Assembly (NCBI GenBank): GCA_963774265.1
Contig: CAVZDU010000001.1
Span: 576,001 to 640,000 of the forward strand
Reading direction: 5' to 3'
Length of the DNA: 64,000 nt
DNA from: an uncultured Chloroflexia bacterium
Lineage (GTDB): Bacteria > Chloroflexota > Anaerolineae > CG2-30-64-16
The notes beneath the pieces are model-generated. The model was not told where the DNA came from, searched no databases, and saw only the letters and a list, made by a program, of their open reading frames with translations. Of the stretch, positions 29,678 to 39,068 are shown piece after piece (position 1 is the first letter of the stretch; every line of letters begins with the position of its first letter). The position numbers were made by a program, and so were the translations under genes.

Positions 29678-32003
29678 TTATCCGAGCGGCTTCCTCGCGA
29701 CCACGAGGGCGTTCACGCTGCGCCATGGCACGGTCTGTCCCGTCAGTTGCCTGCGGTACAGGTCCTCGACCGCGGCCAGCTCGTCCGTCGTGAGTATCGC
29801 GCTCAAGCGCGCTTTGTATGACAGACGTTCGCCTGCGGGTGCTGCGCCGAACCACCGGTCCAGCGTCGCGGACTGGATGCGCGCCTCAGCCGTGCTCTCA
29901 ACCACATCCACGGTCACATCGGAGAACCCCGCGGCCTCCAACGCAGCGGCCAGGCTCCGCTCGTCCCAGTTCACCCACCGATCATCGTCCGCCTCATAGA
30001 TCGCCTCTTCCGCAGCGACCAGCTTTTCAGCCAGATCGGGGTCGAGTCGCGCGCGGTCGATCAACGCATGCAGCCGTTGGCTGCGCCGGCCAATCAGCTC
30101 TGCCAGGCTCAGGGTCCCGCCCGCGCGCAGCAGGGCGGCAAGGGTGTGGCCCGCCCCGACGAGGTGGCTGGGCAGCGCAGGGTAGTGTTCGCGCGCTTCA
30201 GCGATCAGATCCGGGCTGACCGCGGTCATTTCGTGTGCGGGGGTCAATGCGTTGCGTCCAAGGATCGCATCGAAACGCAGGTCGCCCTCCCCGCGCAGTT
30301 CCAGCAGCTCTGCCACGTCACTCAGGCTGCCCTGGAGGACAACGGGGCGGTCCACCGATGACAGGCGGGCGACCCATTCGCGAAGCGCCGCGGCCTCGTC
30401 AGCGGACGCAGCCAGGGACCACACGCCGCCTTCAGGAGTCCGTCGCGCGGCCTCCCATGTCAGCAAGCCCGTGCCTGCGTTCAAGTCCAGCACCAGGCTG
30501 TGGCGCTGCAGTCGCGCCGCCTCAATGAGCCGGTCACGCAAGAGGGCAAGCCGTTCTCCCGCGCCGCTGATGGATCGGTCCAGCCAACGGTCGCGCTCGC
30601 TGCCGGCCCGATCGCCGGTGTAGGTCAGCACTTCGGTCGCGCCGAAACCCTCCCCACCTTCGAGCATCGCGGCCAATTGCGCTTCGCGGCGCCGCTCGAC
30701 CTCTGCCTTGATCGCAGCTTCATGGCCCAGTTCGCCCGGCTGGTAGAACACGCGACCCTGCAACGCCTCCGGCAGGTACTGCTGCGCCACCCAGTGGTCG
30801 CGGTAGGCGTGCGGATACAGATAGCCCTCGCCGTGGCCGAACCCCTCCGCGTCGCGGTTCGCGTCGCGGCAAGTGCGACGGCACCTCGGCCTCGCGCTCC
30901 TTTTCCACCGCAGCGAGCGCATCGAAGAAGGCGAACCCCGAATTGCTCTTGGGCGCGGTCGCCAGGTAAAGCGCCGCTTCGGCCAGGTGGAACCGTCCCT
31001 CGGGCAGCCCAACATAATCGAACGCCTGGGCACACGCCATCACCACGCGCACGGCGTTCGGGTCTGCCAGCCCAACATCCTCGCCTGCAAGGATGATCAT
31101 GCGGCGGAAAATGAAGCGCGGATCTTCGCCCGCATAGACCATGCGCGCCATCCAATACATGGCCGCATCCGGGTCTGACCCGCGCAGGCTCTTGATGAAC
31201 GCACTGATCGTGTCGTAGTGGACATCGCCCTCTTTGTCGTAGAGCACCGCGCGGCGCTGAATGCTTTCCTCGGCCACTGGCAGGTCGATGCGGATCAGGC
31301 CCTGCTCATCAGGCGGAGTGGTCTCGACTGCGAGCTCGAGCGCGTTCAGCACCCCCCGCGCGTCGCCGTTGGCCACATCGACGAGGTGCGCCAGTGCATC
31401 GTCAGCGATCTGCACGTTGAGTTTGCCATAGCCGCGCTCGGGATCCGCAAGCGCCTGCCGCGCGACGGCGTACAGATCTGCTTCGACGAGAGGCTTGAGC
31501 TGGAAGATGCGGCTGCGGCTGACCAGGGCCTTGTTCACCTCGAAATAGGGGTTCTCGGTGGTTGCGCCGATGAGGATCACTGTGCCGTTCTCGACCCAAG
31601 GCAGGAGCGCGTCCTGCTGCGCCTTATTGAACCGGTGTACTTCGTCGACGAAGAGGATGGTGCGCTGCCCGAACTGCCCGCGGCGCTCCTGAGCCTCCGC
31701 GATAGCCTGGCGGATGTCGGCCACGCCCGCGAGCACTGCGTTCAGGGCGATAAAGTGCCCGCGCGTCGTGTTGGCGATGATGCGGGCGAGGGTCGTCTTG
31801 CCGGTGCCCGGCGGGCCATAGAAGATAACTGAGCTGAGCTGGTCGGCCTGGATCGCGTGGCGCAGCAGCCTGCCCGGCCCAACGATGTGCTCCTGCCCGA
31901 TGAACTCGTCGAGTGTGCGCGGACGTATGCGCGCAGCCAACGGCGCTTCTTTATCAGCCAGCTCATTTCGGCGGAGAGCAAAGAGATCGTTTGGCTTGGG
32001 CAT
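29678..32003 (-). CDS. rarA: RarA/MgsA AAA+ ATPase with C-terminal methyltransferase-like domain (frame break near 30875)
   Basis: [69 protein letters not shown]; shifted frame GYLYPH..QQYLP, then VLDLNAGTG. Confidence 0.9.
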
Positions 32004-32028
32004 GAAGGTATTGTATACCAACACATGA

Positions 32029-32079
32029 AAACCTCCGAGGTCGTGCCAACCTTCGGTTGGCCTGAGACTTCGGAGGTTT
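32029..32079 (+). repeat. REP/REPIN-like element, copy 2
   Basis: AAACCTCCGAGGTCGTGCCAACCTTCGGTTGGCCTGAGACTTCGGAGGTTT. Confidence 0.85.
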
Positions 32080-32108
32080 CCCCCGGACTTTGTGGCATAA
32101 TAGCCGTT

Positions 32109-32351
32109 ATGTCGTCTGACCGCGGAGAACCTCGCCCGCCCACCGACACCCGGGCCGATCGCCAACGTCTGGACCGTAATCTCGCGCTCGCGGTGGTGGT
32201 GTTCCTGGTTGGTGTCGGTGGAACTGCCATCGCGTTGGTCTATGGTGGCGGTGCGGCTGTGCTTGGTTTGACCTGCCTGGGTGCAGGCGCCGGCATCTTC
32301 GGACTGCTCTGGCTGATCCTGACGTTGATCGAGCGTTGGACGAACCGTTAG
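32109..32351 (+). CDS. Small two-TM hypothetical protein (80 aa)
   Basis: MSSDRGEPRPP..LALAVVVFLVGVGG..GIFGLLWLILTLIERW; CATAAT 7 nt before the ATG. Confidence 0.7.
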   Translation: MSSDRGEPRPPTDTRADRQRLDRNLALAVVVFLVGVGGTAIALVYGGGAAVLGLTCLGAGAGIFGLLWLILTLIERWTNR

Positions 32352-32357
32352 CGCGAG

Positions 32358-32394
32358 AAACCTCCGAGGTCGTCCTTGCGGGACTGAGGTTTTT
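32358..32394 (+). repeat. Degenerate REP-like copy
   Basis: First 16 nt (AAACCTCCGAGGTCGT) identical to 32029-32044; ends in GAGGTTT. Confidence 0.65.
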
Positions 32395-32404
32395 GTGTGC
32401 GCCA

Positions 32405-32749
32405 TCACCCGCCCACAAGTTTGACCTTGTACCCCATCTGGTGCAGCTTCTCTGCCACCTTGTCGCGTTGGTCGCCCTGGATCTCGAACTCGGTCTCTTT
32501 GATCGTGCCGCCCGTGCCACACGTGTTCTTGAGCGTGGTCAGCAACTCCTTAAGGGTGGCGGGCGTATGTTGCAGGCCGTAAATCACGGTGACGGTCTTG
32601 CCGGCCCGGCCCTTGCGGTCACGCTTGACGTAGGCCGTCTGCTGTTTCGGAGCCAGATCGATGGCGTGGCAGACGCACGGCGAGCGGCCGCAGCGCGGGC
32701 ACAATTCGACGGCGTCGGGATCAGTAGAGTATACGATTCGCGGGGACAT
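32405..32749 (-). CDS. yciH: Translation initiation factor SUI1/YciH
   Basis: IVYSTD, RKGRAGKTVTVI, LKNTCGTGGTIK..EIQGDQR. Confidence 0.92.
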   Translation of the reverse strand: MSPRIVYSTDPDAVELCPRCGRSPCVCHAIDLAPKQQTAYVKRDRKGRAGKTVTVIYGLQHTPATLKELLTTLKNTCGTGGTIKETEFEIQGDQRDKVAEKLHQMGYKVKLVGG

Positions 32750-32828
32750 TGCTGGACCTCTTGGCGTGGTTAGCAGGCTGTGCTACAATAGCGACATAAC
32801 CGCTGATATGGGCGGAGCCAATTGTACC

Positions 32829-33195
32829 ATGAAAACGGAGGACACCCTGGAAGGTCTCGACCTGGCACATGCGATTGTCGGCAAACTGGAGCAACACCAG
32901 GCATCCGATATTGTCCTGATGGACCTGCGCGATATTACGCCGTTGGCCGACTTTTTTGTGATTTGCTCGACCGACTCCGAGCGGCAGGCCCGCACGCTGC
33001 AGGAAATCCTGCTCGAAGATCTCGAAGAAAGAGATGCAGGCGCGGCCACTGTCGGCCGAAGGCGAGGCCGCGTCAGGCTGGATCCTCATCGACTATAACT
33101 GGGTCGTCGTCCACATCTTTTCGCGTGAGGCTCGCGCCTTCTACCGGCTTGAGGAGCTTTGGAAGGCTGCGCCGGTGATGCTGAAGATACAGTAG
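32829..33195 (+). CDS. rsfS: Ribosome silencing factor (frame break near 33035)
   Basis: [21 protein letters not shown]; shifted frame [32 protein letters not shown]. Confidence 0.9.
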
Positions 33196-33222
33196 TCTTT
33201 GATTGCCGGCTGAAGATCGGAG

Positions 33223-33262
33223 AATTGCGGCGTCACGTCTATGCAGGCGTGACGCCGCAATT
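33223..33262. terminator. Bidirectional hairpin between rsfS and ndk
   Basis: 15-bp perfect stem AATTGCGGCGTCACG/CGTGACGCCGCAATT. Confidence 0.75.
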
Positions 33263-33315
33263 ATTTACCCCTGGTGGTGCTTTGGTCCTGCGAAGGCCCC
33301 CGCGCAAATGCGCTA

Positions 33316-34050
33316 CTAACCTCGCTCTTCGTTGATCAGATACTTGGCTGCGACGGCTCCGACGGTGCAAGGAGACGGCTGCCCCGCGGCCAGCAGACGC
33401 AGCGCCTCCAGATCGGAGGTCCAGGCGATATCGCCGGGCGCCAGCAGGCAAACGGCGCCCGGTTCGAACGCTGCGGAGAGCCGGCCGTCCTTGAAATAAT
33501 AGAGGGAATCGCTCATCGCGGTGGGATAGGCTTGCATGAGCGGCGGGACGTCATTGGGCTTGAACCAAAGCTTGATTTCTCGTTCCGCCTCAGGCGGCGT
33601 TGCCGAGGCGTGGATGAGGTTGTCCATCCGTTCGCTGATCACGTTGCCCGCGGCATCTTTGATGGGCACCAGCGTGCCCAGGGCGCGGATGCACCCCGGC
33701 TTCTTTTCCCGAGCGACCAGTGGGTTCGTCGGTCCCGCGATGTCGCGGATTTTTTGGACCGCGTTCGGGCCCTGGTAGGCGAACGCGATCACCCGGCGCT
33801 TCTCAGGCTCATTCGGGTAGTGCTCCAGGCCCATGATGTAATTGAGCAGCGGCGGATAGAAGGGTTTACCCCGGTGTTCGGCGTAGTGCTCCTCGGCGAG
33901 CAACGGACTCACGTTGACGATCTTCGCGGCGGCAAAGCGCAGGCCGCTGTGGACTTCGGATAGCAGCGAAAGCACATATCCGGTCAATGAGTTCTTTAGG
34001 GCGTCCGGTTTGATCAGCACAAGCGTTTGTTCGAGCTCTTTGCCGTCCAT
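33316..34050 (-). CDS. ndk: Nucleoside diphosphate kinase with C-terminal extension
   Basis: EQTLVLIKPDA, HYAEHRGKPFY, GPTNP..PGCIR, NLIHAS (phospho-His), AEREIKLWF. Confidence 0.9.
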   Translation of the reverse strand: MDGKELEQTLVLIKPDALKNSLTGYVLSLLSEVHSGLRFAAAKIVNVSPLLAEEHYAEHRGKPFYPPLLNYIMGLEHYPNEPEKRRVIAFAYQGPNAVQKIRDIAGPTNPLVAREKKPGCIRALGTLVPIKDAAGNVISERMDNLIHASATPPEAEREIKLWFKPNDVPPLMQAYPTAMSDSLYYFKDGRLSAAFEPGAVCLLAPGDIAWTSDLEALRLLAAGQPSPCTVGAVAAKYLINEERG

Positions 34051-34177
34051 GGGTTCTCCTTGTTTGGATTAATGACAATGGTGCGTTCCGCTGATCCTAC
34101 CTTGGTTCGTGGATAGCCGAGAGATTGAGAGTATAGCGTCAATGGCGTGCAGTACAAAGCAATAGGTCGAAGTCCGA

Positions 34178-35120
34178 TCATAAGGCGCTCAGGACGGACT
34201 CTACCTTTTTGTCGAGTTGGGGACCTAACTGCAATACCTGCTGACCAGAACCGAATGCCTTCGAAAAGTCAGCCGTTAACATTCTCACGGTTCTTTTGTG
34301 CGTCAACGCACGAATGGAACTGAAAGGCACGGCAGGGCCGAGCGCATAAGCCATGACTGACATAACGCCCTTACCAGGCCGCGCTCGCTTGGGGCACGCC
34401 GCCAACCAGCTTCTCAAATTGTAGGTACACACGGTCTGGCACAATGAAGTAATGGCCCAGGTGGCAAAGATTTGACGTACTGGCCACAGCGCCCTTGAGA
34501 ATAAGTTGCGGAATGAGTCTCTTCCAGACGTTGGCCCAATTCATCCCATGATTGGAATCCGGTATCTGCGGCAACTCATCTCGATATGCTTCCCAATTCG
34601 CGGAGTAGTTGCCCGTGGTGTCGATGCTTTGAACTTCGCAGGGAATAATCGATGCAAGCCTCTGATCCGTTATGCGTGCGAATACCCAGTCTAGGTTCAA
34701 TTTGACGGCGTCATTATTGTCTAGCTTGACTTCGCTCCCGGAATTCTGCCCCAGCATGACCACATAATCGTTAGGCAATCTCTTGCTCTGCTTGCGTTGC
34801 GAGTACTCGTCAGCCGTGTAAGTAGGTAAGGCAACTCCAGTAGCATCTCTTACAACGCCTTTCAGCGCGAAGTAGTGACCTGCATAGAGGCGCTGAGCGC
34901 ATGCGATCACTTCTTCATCAATGTTCCTTGTTTTGTTGTGGACGCTACAAGTTCCGTATACCTCAACCACTCCTCCGCCTCTTGGATGAGAGTGTTTGAT
35001 GCAGGTGTTGCCGACAAAGGGGCACTTTCGGCTCTTCCATTGCTTGCGCGCGGGTTCAGACGTGTCATCGGGTGCATAACCGAATATTTCTGCTAGATCA
35101 TTCCCTTTGGCTCTGGCCAT
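34178..35120 (-). CDS. NotI-family restriction endonuclease (frame break near 34385)
   Basis: AEIFG, CPF..C.K, GTCS, CAQR (four Cys), D..CEVQSIDTTGNY, GMNWANVWKRLIPQLILKG. Confidence 0.75.
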
Positions 35121-37232
35121 GTGCCTCCCCGCTTTTTCTGTTACGTACTATCAGACGGTTCCATACCTCTCGAATCTCTGCAGGCGAGGCATCACCGCTT
35201 AAGAGACTACCAAGGGCTTCACCACATGTCAGGCAGAATTTCTCACTATCGCCCGTATCTATGGCCGTCGGCTGGCTCCATCTGTTCCAAGCCGTGTCGC
35301 CATCAATACCAAAAACAAGAATAGCATCATGTCGGATAGCATTGAGATTGCTAATGTGAACGGACACGGGATTCTCAGAGATGACAACATATACATTGAT
35401 TAGCTGGAATCGTGCCTGTTTTAGAGTGATTGTCAACTCTGCCCAGGCGTTTGGATCCCAGTGATGAAAGGTAAATACCATACGACCTACATCGCGCTTC
35501 AAGACTCGGCCACATTCTTCAAATATCCCCCCTAGTACCCTAATGAAGCCAGTGTCGCCGTTTGAAGCTGACGTAGCTACAGCGCTCAGGTCATGATCAT
35601 ATGACCAGTCTGCCTCGTGTGGTAGCATCCTCGCTAACCACACTCGAAAGAATCTGGCCAGGTCGCTGTATTGCACATTGTCGTAATACGGAGGATCCGT
35701 GACAATGAAGTCTATGGCCCCATCGTTGATGGGCAGCGAACGAGAATCACCCTGAATGAGCCAAAAGCGCTGAGCAGAGTTTTGGAGTTCGCCGAGCTCA
35801 GTTACCTCAACACCGGAGTCTTGTTCGCCGCATATTCTGACGAGTGCACCGCCCGCTCCAGGTTGCCGCTCTATGGGCGCCACGGCCCATCGTCGACCGC
35901 GTTCTATCCGATCGTGGAAGAGTTGTTGTAGGTTGCCGGAAGACCGCTTGGAGCCGATGGGATTGTTTTCTGTGGCTGTATATGGAAACGAATAGGCATG
36001 CAGCGCGAAGACGTGTCGAATCGCTCCTGGTCGGTTACTACTTGCTCCTTTGTAACCGCAGAGCATACTATTGAACTCGAGCGACGTCGACAACAAAAGG
36101 GCGAGATTTAGTCTAAGCGTTCCTTCCATGGTAGCAAGCGCCCTTATTCCCGCATCAAGGAACAACAATTGACGAGAAGAGAAAACGTCCAGATACGAGC
36201 TAATGCCATGAGTCAGGAGATCTCTGGACTTTGGTCCCCGCTCGATGACAAAGTCAGAAGTATCGCCGAGGTCAAGACTAATCCGTGCGTCATCCGCGGC
36301 TCGAATCTTGGCTAGGTCAGCATCAACCGGCGACTGCAGACGCGAACCGTGTTCGGAGCAGTGCGCGAAGATCGCAATCGGTATATACCTCGCATAGAAA
36401 GGAATGGTGAGAAGCTCTCGATAGGTCTTGCGGCATTTTTCGCACTTGATCTGGCTCTTAGTGATCAAGCGCGGTTCATCGCATCGCCGGAGCAATCACA
36501 TGGTATGTCGGATATGCTCCAGCATTGCGGACAGATGCGATAAGTTTTCTTTCCTTCATGCCGTAATTCATACTGATCAATTTGGACTACTTCGCCGCAG
36601 TCACATTCCTTGCGCAGGCCGGACAGCGTGTAGAGTGCCTCCGCTTTATTGCCGCATTTAGGGCATTCTGTCTCGAAGTAGTCACGGAGGGATTCGCGAA
36701 TGCTATCAAAAAACGCATCAAAGTGGGTCTGCAGGTCATGCAATTCTACCGCGGAAAGTGAAGCTCGAACCTGGACGATTGGGATTGGATCAATGTCGGC
36801 ACCAACTACATTTGCACCCAACCTAATGGCTTCATGCAGTGTTGTGCCGCCCCCCATCATGGGGTCTAGCACGATCTTTCCGGTGAGTCCGCCGGCCGCG
36901 TAGTAATCTCGCTGGTCCCTATTCTCGACCAAGTGCTTGAGCAATGTACGGAATGTGCTGCCGCAACGCCGGGCCCACCACTTGTGGAGGTAGGTGTTGG
37001 GGCGATAAAGATGCTTATTGTAGGATTCAAGTTCCGCTAGACGATTAGCTAGTTCGACGTCGAAATGATCGTCTATCGGATAACCCGAATAGGACTCGGC
37101 AGAGGGTGGGTCAAACAGGAAGTGCATCTGAAGATTGGAGTCAATTCTCGCAACGGGCTCATGTACGGACGTAGCATCAGTTGCATCAGCAGACAGATCA
37201 TGAGCTTCAGTAAAGGAATTCTCGTTGATCAC
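35098..37232 (-). CDS. Amino-DNA methyltransferase, DUF1156-like with Zn ribbons (frame break near 36490)
   Basis: LHKWWARR, VLDPMMGGGTT (motif I), several CxxC motifs, IVTDPPYYDNVQYSDL (motif IV), RVLK..G.MVFTFHH. Confidence 0.85.
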
Positions 37233-37308
37233 AAAGTCACCGTAGCCGCTTCTCTTATTCTACTGGTGTATGGCTGGACGAACGCCACTCTTCTAAACGA
37301 TACCGGCC

Positions 37309-37337
37309 ATTATAGCTTTCCCGGACTATCGGGGCAA
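37309..37337 (-). promoter_or_regulatory. Promoter of the R-M operon
   Basis: TTGCCC-17 nt-TATAAT. Confidence 0.5.
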
Positions 37338-37425
37338 ACCAGTCCGTCTTACCGGACACTGAACCTAGAAGTCGCTCCAACTTAACGGACACGTATTCCT
37401 TTCACCGAAAAACACCGGCTTCCCG

Positions 37426-38469
37426 CTAGTCGTGCTGCAGTTGGTGCACTCTTCGCACCCCGGCCATCAGCCTCTCCAATGATGGCTCCGGCCACCTGGA
37501 CGCGCCGATCGGGTCCGCTCCTGGCTCGGCGTCGCCCAGCAGTGCGCGGCACGTGTCCGCAACGCCATGCGCCAGCACGGTCAGGTCGTAGCCTCCCTCC
37601 AAAACCACCACCAGCCGGCCGCCGCACAACCTCTCGGCCAGGCCGACCACTCCCGTGGCAAGCTGCCAATAGCCCGCCAGCGAGAGATGTAGCCCGGCGA
37701 GCGGGTCTCGCCAGTGCCCATCGTAGCCCGCAGATACAAGGATTAACTCGGGCTGGAAGCGTTCGGCCAGGGGGTTGACTGCCTCACCGAACAGCCGGCT
37801 GAATCCCGCGTCACCGGTGCCCGTGGGCAGCGGGAAATTGACCGTGTAGCCGCTGCCCGCGCCTGCGCCGGCCTCACGCCAGTCGCCCGTGCCGGGATAG
37901 TGGGGGTATTGATGGGTGGACATGAAGAGAACGTTGGGCGAGTCGTAGAAGATGTCCTGCGTGCCATTGCCGTGGTGGACGTCCCAGTCGAAGATAAGAA
38001 CGCGGCGGAGGCCGAACTCGTCCAGCGCAGCCTGCGCCGCGGCCGCGATGTTGTTGAAGAGGCAGAAGCCCATGCCGCGCCGGCGTTCGGCGTGATGCCC
38101 GGGCGGACGGACGAGCGCGATGCCATTGCGGAGTGCGCCAGTCAACACGCCGCGCGTCAACTCGACCGTGCCTCCGGCTGCCAACATGGCCGCATCATAC
38201 GAACGGCTGACCAGGTATGTGTCAGTGTCAAGGTAGCCGCCGCCCCGCACACAGATCTCGCGCACTCTATTGACGTAATCCCGATCGTGCACGCGGTCAA
38301 GCAGCTTGGAGTCGATCGGTTGCGGCGTAATGGGCTGCATTCGCTGCCACACGCCAACGTTAACCAGCTCCGCTACAATGCGCTGCAGTCGCGTAGCGCT
38401 CTCCGGATGCCCGGGCAGGTCGTGCTCCAGGAAGAGCGGATCGTAAAGGACGCCCGTAGCCGCCGTCAA
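37426..38469 (-). CDS. Zn-dependent (histone deacetylase family) deacylase
   Basis: HPES..RL, RPPGHHA, GFCLFNN, DWDVHHGNGTQ, SAGYD.H..DPL, LEGGY. Confidence 0.95.
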   Translation of the reverse strand: MTAATGVLYDPLFLEHDLPGHPESATRLQRIVAELVNVGVWQRMQPITPQPIDSKLLDRVHDRDYVNRVREICVRGGGYLDTDTYLVSRSYDAAMLAAGGTVELTRGVLTGALRNGIALVRPPGHHAERRRGMGFCLFNNIAAAAQAALDEFGLRRVLIFDWDVHHGNGTQDIFYDSPNVLFMSTHQYPHYPGTGDWREAGAGAGSGYTVNFPLPTGTGDAGFSRLFGEAVNPLAERFQPELILVSAGYDGHWRDPLAGLHLSLAGYWQLATGVVGLAERLCGGRLVVVLEGGYDLTVLAHGVADTCRALLGDAEPGADPIGASRWPEPSLERLMAGVRRVHQLQHD

Positions 38470-38470
38470 A

Positions 38471-38929
38471 TCACGGCTCCGGGCTGAAATACCACATCCA
38501 CTTGCTGCCGCGCATCTCCTTGATGATGTGTCCTGTGGTCAGAACACCCAGCGCGCGTAACCCCACGTCGCCGCGCTCGCTGACCACCAGGTGGCTGATG
38601 GACCGCTCCACCATGATCTTGATGGCATCTTGCAGCAGCATGTCCGGCGGGATCGCGATCACCTTGCTGCTCATGACGTCCCGCGCCTTGAGCCCTTTGT
38701 GATCCTGTCCGAAGAACGGGATGAGATCCAATTGGCTGATGGTGCCCAGGGCTTCCTCGTCCGGCCCGGTGACCACCAAGACCCGGACATTGGTGTCCAC
38801 GATGATGCGGATTACTTCGTCGAGGGGCGTGCTTGGCTTGCACCCGATCACGCCCTTGTGCATGACGCTGCCCACGTGGACTTCTTGCTTCGGGGCGGCG
38901 TCACCGGTCAGGCTTTCAGTTGACATCAT
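38471..38929 (-). CDS. CBS-pair protein
   Basis: [17 protein letters not shown]; [17 protein letters not shown]. Confidence 0.88.
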   Translation of the reverse strand: MMSTESLTGDAAPKQEVHVGSVMHKGVIGCKPSTPLDEVIRIIVDTNVRVLVVTGPDEEALGTISQLDLIPFFGQDHKGLKARDVMSSKVIAIPPDMLLQDAIKIMVERSISHLVVSERGDVGLRALGVLTTGHIIKEMRGSKWMWYFSPEP

Positions 38930-39068
38930 CCACCTCCCTGATGGTCGTGCCGGTGCAGGATCTCAAATCGCGCGCACGCTGTCGCCAGGCGCAAAATCAA
39001 TGGTGCGCGCACGCTCATATTAGCACCGGCACGGGGTCGTGTAAAGGGGTTTTGGTGCGTTCGCCGCG

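Noticed and set aside
30720-32522. 600-aa ORF with a long N-terminal extension on RarA
   Set aside because: The extension overlaps yciH, the opposite-strand membrane gene and the repeats; homology begins at ATG 32003.
37329-37375. GGGCAAACC followed by a small hairpin, resembling a c-di-GMP-I riboswitch start
   Set aside because: Lacks the GAAA loop and GACGCAAAGC segment, and points away from any downstream gene start; it coincides with the -35 box of the R-M promoter on the other strand.
34100-37425. R-M island as an integrative mobile element
   Set aside because: No integrase, transposase, tRNA or flanking direct repeats were visible; only base composition suggests horizontal origin.
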